Made by a program: the position numbers and the translations under genes. Below, piece by piece: positions 17,852-25,692 of a DNA stretch of 32,000 bases. How positions within the stretch are numbered: the stretch's first letter is position 1; each line of letters starts with the position of its first letter. Location: positions 207,573 through 239,572 of the forward strand of contig ACYB01000046.1 of the NCBI GenBank assembly GCA_000175855.1. The letters are read 5' to 3'. Source of the DNA: Raphidiopsis brookii D9 (GTDB lineage: Bacteria > Cyanobacteriota > Cyanobacteriia > Cyanobacteriales > Nostocaceae). The notes beneath the pieces were generated by a model. The model did not search any database and was not told where the DNA came from. It was given only the letters and a program-made list of their open reading frames with translations.

Positions 17852-18097
17852 GTATATACCAAGTGTTTACCATGCTTATTAATTTAAATTGATAAAAATA
17901 TAATCTCATCTTCCCAAAGTATAGCTTTAGCCAAAACGCTATATACGGAGCTAGTAGCTAAAACTGATTGGTAGATGGGCACGGTCTGGCTATATGTTGA
18001 AAAACTAAGTTTGTCTAATGTATAGCACTTTGGATAGATGAAATAGCAGAAAATAGAATGTACACTTATCGACATATGGTAAACACCTGGTATATAC
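17852..18097. mobile_element. Foldback, MITE-like element of ~246 bp with 22-bp terminal inverted repeats
   Basis: GTATATACCAAGTGTTTACCAT (17852-17873) matches the reverse complement of 18076-18097 (GTATATACCAGGTGTTTACCAT) at 21 of 22 positions. Subterminal arms are also complementary (TCATCTTCCCAAAGT versus ACTTTGGATAGATGA). No credible protein is encoded. Confidence 0.45.
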
Positions 18098-18100
18098 AAG

Positions 18101-18127
18101 AGGCTTGAACTGTGTTCAAGCCTTTTT
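18101..18127 (+). terminator. Rho-independent terminator
   Basis: AGGCTTGAAC-tgt-GTTCAAGCCT, a perfect 10-bp stem, followed by TTTT. Confidence 0.7.
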
Positions 18128-18285
18128 CATAGTTTTTTATCAAGAGTAATCATGCTACGGAAAATTTTATTTTCTGTGCCAATTTTGCGTTGAAGACAAA
18201 ATAATTATCATCGATAATTGTATTTAACTCCTCATCCCACCCCCTATCTACATTTTCAGCCAACCTAGTCTAGGAGTAATTGAAT

Positions 18286-18561
18286 ATGGCTAATCTCAAC
18301 CCATCCCATGGCAGCAAACAGCTTTTAGCAGGTTACTGTGGCATTATTTTCGGTGGCTTTGGTATTCATAAATTTATCCTTGGTTATGCACCCGAAGGTT
18401 TTATTATGTTAGTTATTTCTGTAGTTGGCGGTTCTCTCACCTTTGGATTAACATTAATTATTATGCAACTGATTGGTCTGATTGAAGGTATGATTTACCT
18501 GAATAAAAACCATGAGGATTTTGTTGATACTTATTTTATTGGTAAACAGCGCTGGTTTTAA
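18286..18561 (+). CDS. TM2 domain-containing membrane protein
   Basis: GGFGIHKFILGY motif between two TM helices. AGGAG lies 9 nt upstream of ATG 18286. Confidence 0.7.
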   Translation: MANLNPSHGSKQLLAGYCGIIFGGFGIHKFILGYAPEGFIMLVISVVGGSLTFGLTLIIMQLIGLIEGMIYLNKNHEDFVDTYFIGKQRWF

Positions 18562-18606
18562 TACGCCCTAATCATTTCTATTTTCTAAGGATATTACAGT
18601 ATTGTT

Positions 18607-21006
18607 ATGCAACTTGCACAAAAAAATGAATTGACAGAAGAAGGCGCTGCAACAACTAGAAAAGTCATACTCGATGTTAGCGGTATGAAGTGTGCCGGCT
18701 GTGTAAAAGCGGTAGAAAGACAGTTAACCCAGCACCCGGGGGTAAAAAGCGCCTGTGTGAATCTAGCTACGGAAATTGCTGTGGTAGAAATGGAAGATGG
18801 TGTTGAGGGGAATACGCTGGCACAGTTGTTAACAGCCAAAGGTTTCCCATCAGAAATGCGAAACACTCAGGGGTCTAGCAGGGTTGGAAAGCAAGACCAA
18901 GAAATGAGATCTGCTTTTGTGCAGTTAATAGTTGCTTTTGGACTGTTGTTGTTTTCAGGACTGGGACACTTTGGCAGTCATATATTTCCCATTTTGAGTA
19001 GCATCGGGTTAAATAACATTTGGTTTCATTGTGGATTGGCAACTCTTGCACTCCTGTTTCCTGGTCGTCCAATCATTATAGATGGTTGGTTGGGTTGGCG
19101 ACGAGGATCCCCAAATATGAATACCTTAATCGCTTTAGGAACTTTAACTGCTTATATTACCAGTTTAGTTGCACTTTTATTTCCCCAGATGGGTTGGGAC
19201 TGTTTCTTTGATGAACCAGTAATGATGTTGGGTTTTATCCTCTTGGGTAAAACCTTGGAGAAACAAGCTAAAGGGCGCGCTGCATCAGCATTTCATCAAT
19301 TGTTAGCCCTAAGACCACAAATTGCTAGACTAATTGTCAACCCTGATGAACAGAAGTTAGCAGTTAATTCTAACATTAATATTATTGAAATGCCAGCTGA
19401 ACAGGTACGGGTGGGGGAGTGGTTACAAGTACTACCAGGGGATAAAATTCCCGTCGATGGCCAGGTGCAGTTTGGACAAACTACCGTTGATGAATCAATG
19501 TTGACTGGGGAAGCTGTTCCCGTAATTAAACAACCAGGAGATTCTGTTGCAGCAGGAACTATTAATCAGTCAGGAACTGTCTCAATTGTGGCTAGAAAAA
19601 CTGGTGAAGATACTACCTTGGCTCAGATTGTGGCTCTGGTAGAAACTGCCCAAGCTCGTAAAGCTCCAGTGCAAAAATTGGCTGATACCATTGCTGGCTA
19701 TTTTACTTATGCGGTTTTAACAGCTTCTTTTCTAACTTGGGCATTCTGGTATTTTTTAGGGACTCATGTTTGGCCAGAGGTGTATATTGCTTCTGGAATG
19801 GTCATGGGTAACCATTCTATCCATTCTCCCCTACTCAACGATCAAAATTCGGCACTCCTCATTAGTTTAAAGCTGGCGATCGCAGTTTTGGTAGTAGCTT
19901 GTCCCTGTGCTTTAGGACTAGCCACACCCACAGCCATCTTGGTGGGGACCGGTATAGGTGCAGAATCTGGGTTATTAATTAAGGGTGGGGATGTATTAGA
20001 AAAGGTTCACCATTTAAACACCATCGTATTTGACAAAACTGGTACCCTTACCACAGGTAATCCCACAGTTACGGACTGTCTACCATTAACAGATATAGAC
20101 ACTACCAACTTGATACAATTAGCAGCAGCGGTGGAAAAAGGCACTTGTCATCCCCTAGCGAAAGCCATACAGCAGTCGGGAGAAAAGCTAAATTTACCCA
20201 TCCCCCATGCCATGAATTTTTACACAGAACCGGGTATGGGGGTTTCCGCTATGGTAGAGGGGAAAAGTGTGCTGTTGGGTAACTGGGAATGGTTAAACAG
20301 TCATGGAATTACTATCAGTACAACTGCCCAAGAGCAAGGACAAAAGCTGGCAAAGGAAGGAAAAACAGTCATTGGTGTTGCTGTAGATGACATGTTGGCA
20401 GGTTTAATTGCTGTTAGTGATACCATTAGACCCGATGCCAAATTAACAATAAACCACTTGCAAAGAATGGGCTTACATGTTATAATACTCAGCGGTGATA
20501 GGTCGGAAGTAGCAGTTGTTACTGCTCAACAACTTGGTCTCGAGAATACCAGTGTTATTGCTGGTGTTACTCCAGAGCAAAAAGCTGGACTAATTCGTTC
20601 TCTCCAGCAGGGTAGCTTAAATGTAGGTAGTAATTCCTGTGTGGTAGCTATGGTGGGAGATGGTATTAACGATGCGCCCGCTTTATCCCAAGCGGATGTG
20701 GGAATCGCCTTGGGTTCAGGAACGGACGTGGCTATGGAAAGTGCGGAAATTGTCCTCATGGGTGACAATTTGAGTGATGTGGTAGCATCTATTCAACTTG
20801 CTCGTAAAACTTTCACTAAAATTCGTCAAAACCTATTTTGGGCCTTTGCCTATAACACCATTGCCATTCCATTAGCTGCTGGGGTTCTCTTACCCAGCTT
20901 ACATTTTGTCCTAACTCCCTCTAGTGCTGCTGCTATTATGGCTTTTAGTTCTGTTAGCGTGGTGACTAATTCTCTTTTGTTGAGAAGTGTGAAACCACAA
21001 AATTGA
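18607..21006 (+). CDS. Heavy-metal (copper-type) translocating P1B-type ATPase
   Basis: N-terminal HMA domain GMKCAGC, transmembrane CPC motif (VACPCALGLATP), phosphorylation site DKTGTLT and hinge GDGINDAP. CtaA/PacS-like. Confidence 0.9.
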   Translation: MQLAQKNELTEEGAATTRKVILDVSGMKCAGCVKAVERQLTQHPGVKSACVNLATEIAVVEMEDGVEGNTLAQLLTAKGFPSEMRNTQGSSRVGKQDQEMRSAFVQLIVAFGLLLFSGLGHFGSHIFPILSSIGLNNIWFHCGLATLALLFPGRPIIIDGWLGWRRGSPNMNTLIALGTLTAYITSLVALLFPQMGWDCFFDEPVMMLGFILLGKTLEKQAKGRAASAFHQLLALRPQIARLIVNPDEQKLAVNSNINIIEMPAEQVRVGEWLQVLPGDKIPVDGQVQFGQTTVDESMLTGEAVPVIKQPGDSVAAGTINQSGTVSIVARKTGEDTTLAQIVALVETAQARKAPVQKLADTIAGYFTYAVLTASFLTWAFWYFLGTHVWPEVYIASGMVMGNHSIHSPLLNDQNSALLISLKLAIAVLVVACPCALGLATPTAILVGTGIGAESGLLIKGGDVLEKVHHLNTIVFDKTGTLTTGNPTVTDCLPLTDIDTTNLIQLAAAVEKGTCHPLAKAIQQSGEKLNLPIPHAMNFYTEPGMGVSAMVEGKSVLLGNWEWLNSHGITISTTAQEQGQKLAKEGKTVIGVAVDDMLAGLIAVSDTIRPDAKLTINHLQRMGLHVIILSGDRSEVAVVTAQQLGLENTSVIAGVTPEQKAGLIRSLQQGSLNVGSNSCVVAMVGDGINDAPALSQADVGIALGSGTDVAMESAEIVLMGDNLSDVVASIQLARKTFTKIRQNLFWAFAYNTIAIPLAAGVLLPSLHFVLTPSSAAAIMAFSSVSVVTNSLLLRSVKPQN

Positions 21007-21066
21007 AGAACTAACTAAATAATTAAATCCTTTTTTCTTTTCTTACATAGCATCTACTATTTGTAT

Positions 21067-22539
21067 ATGAAAACCGATGACTCTAACTGGGATGATGATC
21101 TACCACCAGATCCCCAGGAAATATATCAGGATTTAATTTCCACTCTGGAACGAAAAGTGGGATTTGGTCTGTACTTTGTACAATGCATGCCCATTGAAGC
21201 TGATAACTTTGTTCAGCGTATTAGTTGCGATCTAGCGAATAAGAAAATAATCTTACTAAACTTATATGAGCCAATAGAGAAATTCTACGATCATGTGAGA
21301 AACTATGTCCAGGGACAAACTATTGATATCCTCCTAGTTAAAGGTTTAGAATACTCCCTATATAAGTATGAGAAAAGGAATTTTGGTGAAGTTACGGGGG
21401 GACAGTTCACCAACTTAACCAAAGTGCCACCCATACTAAATCATCTGAATCAACAGCGAGAAAGATTCAGAGATGATTTCTCGTTTTGCTTTGTGTTTTT
21501 ACTACGGTCATTTTCTCTAAATTATTTGATTCATCGCGCCCCAGACTTTTTTGATTGGCGATCTGGAGTGTATGAGTTACCAACTACAGCAGAATTGGTG
21601 GACGAAGAATCTCGTCGTTTAATTGTAGAGGGAGACTATAAAAAATATTTAGAGCTTACTCCCCAACAGAAAATCGAAACAATGTTGGAAATTCAAGAAC
21701 TGCTGACAGAAAAATACCAAAATGATATTAACAGAGCTAGATTGCTATTTGAAATGGGGAATCTACTGTATTCCGCTAACGAATACGAAACAGCCATTAC
21801 ATTTTATGAGCAGGAACTGAAACTTCAACCAGATGATCATAGTGCTTGGTGTAATCACGGGCATGCACTGTTTAGCTTAGCTAGGTACGAAACTGCCATT
21901 GTATCCTATCGCCAGTCCCTGAAATTACGACCAGATGACCCGTTTTCCTGGTATGCACTAGGTAATTCCCAGCGTAAGCTACATCGAGATCAAGAAGCAA
22001 TTTTATCTTACAATCAAGCCATAAAAATTAAACCGGATGATCACTATTTCTGGTATAACCGGGGTAATGCACTCAGGAATATAGGGTGTAATGAAGAGGC
22101 AATTCTATCTTATGGTCAAGCCATAAAAATTAAACCGGATGATAGTAATGTGTGGAACAATAGAGGTATTGCCTTAAGAAATTTAGGCAGATATCAAGAG
22201 GCAGTTTTTTGTTATGATCAGGTGCTAAAGTTGCAATACGATGACTACTATGCTTGGTATAATCGGGGAGTTGCACTAAAAAAACTCAAACAAAATGAAG
22301 CAGCTGTTTTATCCTATGATCAGGCATTGAAACTGAAACCGGATGATCACTATACCTGGAATAATCGAGGCAATGCATTAGATGATCTAGGACGCATAGA
22401 AGAAGCAATCTTTTCTTATGATCAAGCTCTGAAAATCAAGCCAGATGATCAATATGCTTTTTATAACAAAGCCTGTTGTTATGCAGTTCAGGGTAGAATT
22501 CAAGAAGCACTAGAAAACTTAGAAAACGCAGTTAAGTAA
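21067..22539 (+). CDS. TPR-repeat protein with an uncharacterised ~210-aa N-terminal domain. Its 3' end and stop codon are supplied by the IS element.
   Basis: About eight tandem 34-aa TPR units with the recurring motif A(I/V)xSYDQALK(I/L)KPDD. The last two codons, aag taa, lie largely inside the IS left inverted repeat. Confidence 0.8.
   Translation: MKTDDSNWDDDLPPDPQEIYQDLISTLERKVGFGLYFVQCMPIEADNFVQRISCDLANKKIILLNLYEPIEKFYDHVRNYVQGQTIDILLVKGLEYSLYKYEKRNFGEVTGGQFTNLTKVPPILNHLNQQRERFRDDFSFCFVFLLRSFSLNYLIHRAPDFFDWRSGVYELPTTAELVDEESRRLIVEGDYKKYLELTPQQKIETMLEIQELLTEKYQNDINRARLLFEMGNLLYSANEYETAITFYEQELKLQPDDHSAWCNHGHALFSLARYETAIVSYRQSLKLRPDDPFSWYALGNSQRKLHRDQEAILSYNQAIKIKPDDHYFWYNRGNALRNIGCNEEAILSYGQAIKIKPDDSNVWNNRGIALRNLGRYQEAVFCYDQVLKLQYDDYYAWYNRGVALKKLKQNEAAVLSYDQALKLKPDDHYTWNNRGNALDDLGRIEEAIFSYDQALKIKPDDQYAFYNKACCYAVQGRIQEALENLENAVK
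21700..22536 (+). repeat. Coding tandem repeat array with 102-bp periodicity (TPR units), including an exact 27-nt duplication
   Basis: caagccataaaaattaaaccggatgat occurs at 22015-22041 and at 22117-22143, exactly 102 bp apart. Confidence 0.85.
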
Positions 22540-22574
22540 GTCGGCTGGGAAATTTATAGCTATGTAACGAAAGG

Positions 22575-23144
22575 TTAAGAAAGGCAAGAGTTGTTAAATT
22601 TAATACGTTCTGTACTATGCTTATTTCTTTTTCCCCTAGCGTTTACTCCATCCATTACGGCATAAGCAAGCTCTAACTCATCTTCAAACATTTTTCCCGA
22701 TATCTCATCTTTTTTAAGGTGTTTCCACTCTAATTCAATTGGATTCATCTCAGAGCAATATTTGGGCAGAAAGAAAATGTATAAATTCTGACTCTCCCAT
22801 TTTGACCATAACTTTCTCACTTCTTTGCATTGATGTATTGGACCATTATCCTGTACTATTACTCTTATACGTCCCAGTTTTTCTGCTTCTTCGGCTTCAT
22901 GCTCCATCATTTCAATATAAGATTTGCGATTCACCCCCCCAATTACTAAACCGTAAACAAAACTAATTAAGGGTTGAAGAAGACCAATAATACTTAGTCT
23001 TCGACCACGGCGTTTTGTTTGCTCTAAGTTTTTTTGCTCCCCTCTTTGGTAATATGTATAACTCGGTTCACTCCACATACAAAAACCTGATTCATCTAAA
23101 TATTTCAAGTCTATTTCTCCCCCAGCAGCGGATAATTCCAACAT
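22575..23144 (-). CDS. IS630-family transposase, catalytic DDE part (orfB)
   Basis: DESGF, VIVQDNGPIHQ and LPKYCSEMNPIELEWKHLK correspond to the D, D, E triad of IS630/Tc1 transposases. Confidence 0.85.
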   Translation of the reverse strand: MLELSAAGGEIDLKYLDESGFCMWSEPSYTYYQRGEQKNLEQTKRRGRRLSIIGLLQPLISFVYGLVIGGVNRKSYIEMMEHEAEEAEKLGRIRVIVQDNGPIHQCKEVRKLWSKWESQNLYIFFLPKYCSEMNPIELEWKHLKKDEISGKMFEDELELAYAVMDGVNARGKRNKHSTERIKFNNSCLS

Positions 23145-23146
23145 AT

Positions 23147-23629
23147 CTAGGTCTGCTTGCTTGATTTGTTTACTTTCTGGGTCTTGTTTTCCTTTGTGGC
23201 TTTTTCTGGTTCTTTTCCAAATGATCCCCTTTTTTTTAGTACCCGTCTTAACCTATCGGGACTTAGTTTAACCGAGCGTTCCGTCTCTAACTTTTGAGCT
23301 AATTGAACACTGTTGTATGTACGTGGTTCTTTTTTCAGGCATTCCTCCAGAAATTCTATGTCTGAATCCCTGTATTTCGGTTTTCCTCCTCGACCAGATT
23401 TTTCCCACAGTCCTTCTAGACCAAACTTTTCCCATTTATGTAAAACCTCTCTAACTGTTTGTGAAGTCCAGTTAAAATGAGCTGCTATTTTTTCCACGTA
23501 CCATCCATGTGCATTTAACCTAATCACTTCTGCTCGGTCTTTGACTTTCTGTGGTACATCCGCACTTCTTAGATTAAACAGCGTTTTATCTTCCTCACTT
23601 GTCAGAAATACCCTTAAACGAGCTCCCAT
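23147..23629 (-). CDS. IS630-family transposase, N-terminal HTH DNA-binding part (orfA)
   Basis: Helix-turn-helix or winged-helix-like segments. The orfB frame stays open upstream of its first ATG, back past the A8 tract at 23230-23237. A -1 shift there gives a continuous ...RRVLKKKGIIWKRTRKSHKGKQDPESKQIKQADLDMLELSAAGG... Confidence 0.8.
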   Translation of the reverse strand: MGARLRVFLTSEEDKTLFNLRSADVPQKVKDRAEVIRLNAHGWYVEKIAAHFNWTSQTVREVLHKWEKFGLEGLWEKSGRGGKPKYRDSDIEFLEECLKKEPRTYNSVQLAQKLETERSVKLSPDRLRRVLKKRGSFGKEPEKATKENKTQKVNKSSKQT

Positions 23630-23698
23630 ATCTTATTACCTCGGTATATCCTATTTATTTATCTTCACATAGTTTGGTTTTTTCAGTCCAACTTACTT

Positions 23699-24394
23699 AA
23701 AGCTCAATTAGAAGCACTTGGTGGTAAAACAGTTGGTGAAGATTATTTACCCCTGGGTAATGTGGAAGTTACTCCTATCATTGCCAAAATTAAACAGGCA
23801 TTACCCAAGGGTGGAGTAATTTATAATACCTTAAATGGGGATAGTAATGTGGCATTTTTTAAACAACTAAAAGGTGCGGGTTTGACCCCAGATAAGTATC
23901 CATCTATGTCCGTGAGTATTGCGGAGGAAGAGGTTAAAGCCATTGGAGTAGAATACTTAAAAGGACATTATGCAGCTTGGAATTACTTCCAAACTGTAGA
24001 TACACCAGCCAACAAAAAGTTTGTAGAGGCTTTCAAGAAAGAATATGGTGCAGATAGGGTACTTAATGATCCTATGGAAGCTGCTTACATTGCCGTCTAT
24101 CTTTGGAAACAGGCGGTAGAAAAAGCTGGAAGTACGGATTTAGCCAAGGTGCGCCAAGCTGCTTATGGTCAGACCATAGATGCACCCGAAGGTAAAGTGA
24201 CCATGAATGGTAACCATCATATATCTAAGGTTGTGCGTATTGGTGAAGTTAGAGATGATGGCTTGTTTAAGATTATTTATGCCACTCCCGCACCGGTAGA
24301 ACCTATTCCTTGGAATCAATATGTCAAAGAGACCAAGGGATTTGCTTGTGATTGGTCAGATCCTGCTAAAGGTGGCAAGTACAAACAAAGCTAG
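23699..24394 (+). pseudogene. urtA: urtA fragment: the C-terminal ~230 codons of the urea ABC-transporter substrate-binding protein. The 5' half and signal peptide are missing.
   Basis: The reading frame is open right from the IS boundary (KAQLEALGGKTVGEDYLPLGNVEVTPIIAKIK...NTLNGDSNVAFFKQLK...AAWNYFQTVDTPANKKFVEAFKKEYG). This is typical of UrtA/amide-binding type I periplasmic binding proteins. No N-terminal half lies upstream. Confidence 0.8.
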
Positions 24395-24488
24395 TCTAAT
24401 TGTATTTATAGCTTTAGCTATAATGTTTGCAAAAGAAGTAATGATGATGAGTGAGAGCTAGGCACTATGCCTCGTAGCTAATTAAGTT

Positions 24489-24519
24489 TTCATGAGTCAT
24501 TCTAAGAATGACTCATGAA
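24489..24519. repeat. 31-bp perfect palindrome TTCATGAGTCATTCT-A-AGAATGACTCATGAA overlapping the urtB start codon
   Basis: 15-nt arms with a single central base, verified base by base. The urtB ATG (24508-24510) lies in the right arm. Confidence 0.9.
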
Positions 24520-25692
24520 TTTTTTGAGGATAAATTGGTGTTAACAGGATTTTTAGAAGCACTATTTAATGGAATTAGCATTGGGGCGGTACTATTAGTT
24601 GCAGCGCTAGGACTTTCCATTATCTTTGGACTGATGGGTGTGATTAACATGGCCCATGGAGAATTGATGATGCTGGGAGCTTATACTACTTTTGTAGTGC
24701 AGCTTGGTTGTAAACAGTTAGGTGGTATTTGGTTTGATAGTTATATATTCCTGGCTTTAATTATTGCCTTTTTAGTCACTGCTTTAGTAGGTTTAGTCTT
24801 AGAGAGAGGGGTAATCTCCCATCTTTATGGTAGACCCTTAGAAACCCTTTTGGCTACTTGGGGAGTAAGTTTAATTTTTCAGCAGTTTGTCCGCAGTGTA
24901 AATTCAGTGGTAGTGATTGGTATCCTCTCATTTTGCGTACTATTCTTTGGGGGTGTACGAGTTTTAAACTCCCGTCAGCGGTTCCCCCAATTTGGTTACG
25001 GAGTGAAGGGAATCATCTTAGTTTTATCCTTGGGAATTGCCATGAGTTTGGGACGGTTATTTAGTCAACAGTCCTCCATGGTTCAACCTTGGTTTGGGGC
25101 CCAAAATGTTGATGTGACCGCCCCCAGTTGGTTACAATCCGGTGTATCTTTGGCCGGTGTGCAGTTACCCTTTGCTCGCTTGTTTATTATCTGTTTAACC
25201 GCAATTTGCGTAGTAGCAATTTATTTATTCTTACAGCGTTCCCCCTGGGGTTTAAGAATTAGGGCTGTGACGCAAAATCGTAATATGAGTTCTTGCTTAG
25301 GTATACCTACACAAAAAGTTGATGCTCTTACCTTTGCCCTGGGATCCGGATTAGCTGGTATAGCTGGTTGTGCTATTAGTCTACTCGGTTCCGTGGGTCC
25401 GAATACCGGACAGAACTATATCATAGATACCTTCATGGTAGTGGTTGTAGGAGGGGTTGGTAACTTAGTAGGTACGATTGTAGCTGCTTTGGCCATTGGT
25501 ACTGCTAACTTTATTGTGGGATCAGGAACTCTAGCTTTTTTGTCTTCTGGTGTTCAACCCTTGGTGGATTTTTTCAATTTTTTTGCCACTACTAGTATGG
25601 CAAAAGTGATGGTTTTTGCACTGATTATTGTTTTTTTACAGTGGAAACCAGCGGGAATTTTCCCCCAAAAAGGTCGGAATATTGATGTTTAA
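24508..25692 (+). CDS. urtB: Urea ABC transporter permease UrtB
   Basis: LivH-like permease (GLMGVINMAHGELMMLGAY) with the long internal insertion typical of UrtB. Position in the urtABCDE order supports the call. Confidence 0.8.
   Translation: MTHEFFEDKLVLTGFLEALFNGISIGAVLLVAALGLSIIFGLMGVINMAHGELMMLGAYTTFVVQLGCKQLGGIWFDSYIFLALIIAFLVTALVGLVLERGVISHLYGRPLETLLATWGVSLIFQQFVRSVNSVVVIGILSFCVLFFGGVRVLNSRQRFPQFGYGVKGIILVLSLGIAMSLGRLFSQQSSMVQPWFGAQNVDVTAPSWLQSGVSLAGVQLPFARLFIICLTAICVVAIYLFLQRSPWGLRIRAVTQNRNMSSCLGIPTQKVDALTFALGSGLAGIAGCAISLLGSVGPNTGQNYIIDTFMVVVVGGVGNLVGTIVAALAIGTANFIVGSGTLAFLSSGVQPLVDFFNFFATTSMAKVMVFALIIVFLQWKPAGIFPQKGRNIDV

Larger units (their letters stand above)
22535..23697 (-). 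mobile_element. IS630/Tc1-mariner-family insertion sequence, 1163 bp, apparently complete
   Basis: Flanked by TA (22533-34) and TA (23698-99). Imperfect inverted repeats: AGTAAGTCGGCTGGGAAA...CTATGT at the left, versus the reverse complement of the right end, AGTAAGTTGGACTGAAAAA...CTATGT. Encodes HTH plus DDE_3 transposase ORFs. Confidence 0.85.

Noticed and set aside
17884-18099. 71-aa minus-strand ORF (TTG start) inside the foldback element
   Set aside because: It has a non-canonical start and a Y/S/I-rich composition driven by AT-rich DNA. It spans exactly the interior of an inverted-repeat element and has no recognisable domain. I kept it only as an alternative hypothesis in the foldback finding.
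21700-22536. Regular 102-bp periodic repeats that could superficially resemble a repeat-spacer array
   Set aside because: The periodicity is exactly 34 codons in one long ORF encoding TPR helices. No short identical repeats alternate with unique spacers, so this is not a CRISPR array.
22528-23710. In-frame TPR-UrtA fusion obtained by removing the IS in silico
   Set aside because: The two halves belong to unrelated families: a cytoplasmic TPR scaffold and a periplasmic binding protein lacking its signal peptide and N-lobe. Frame compatibility has a 1 in 3 chance expectation. Rearrangement is more parsimonious than a disrupted natural fusion.
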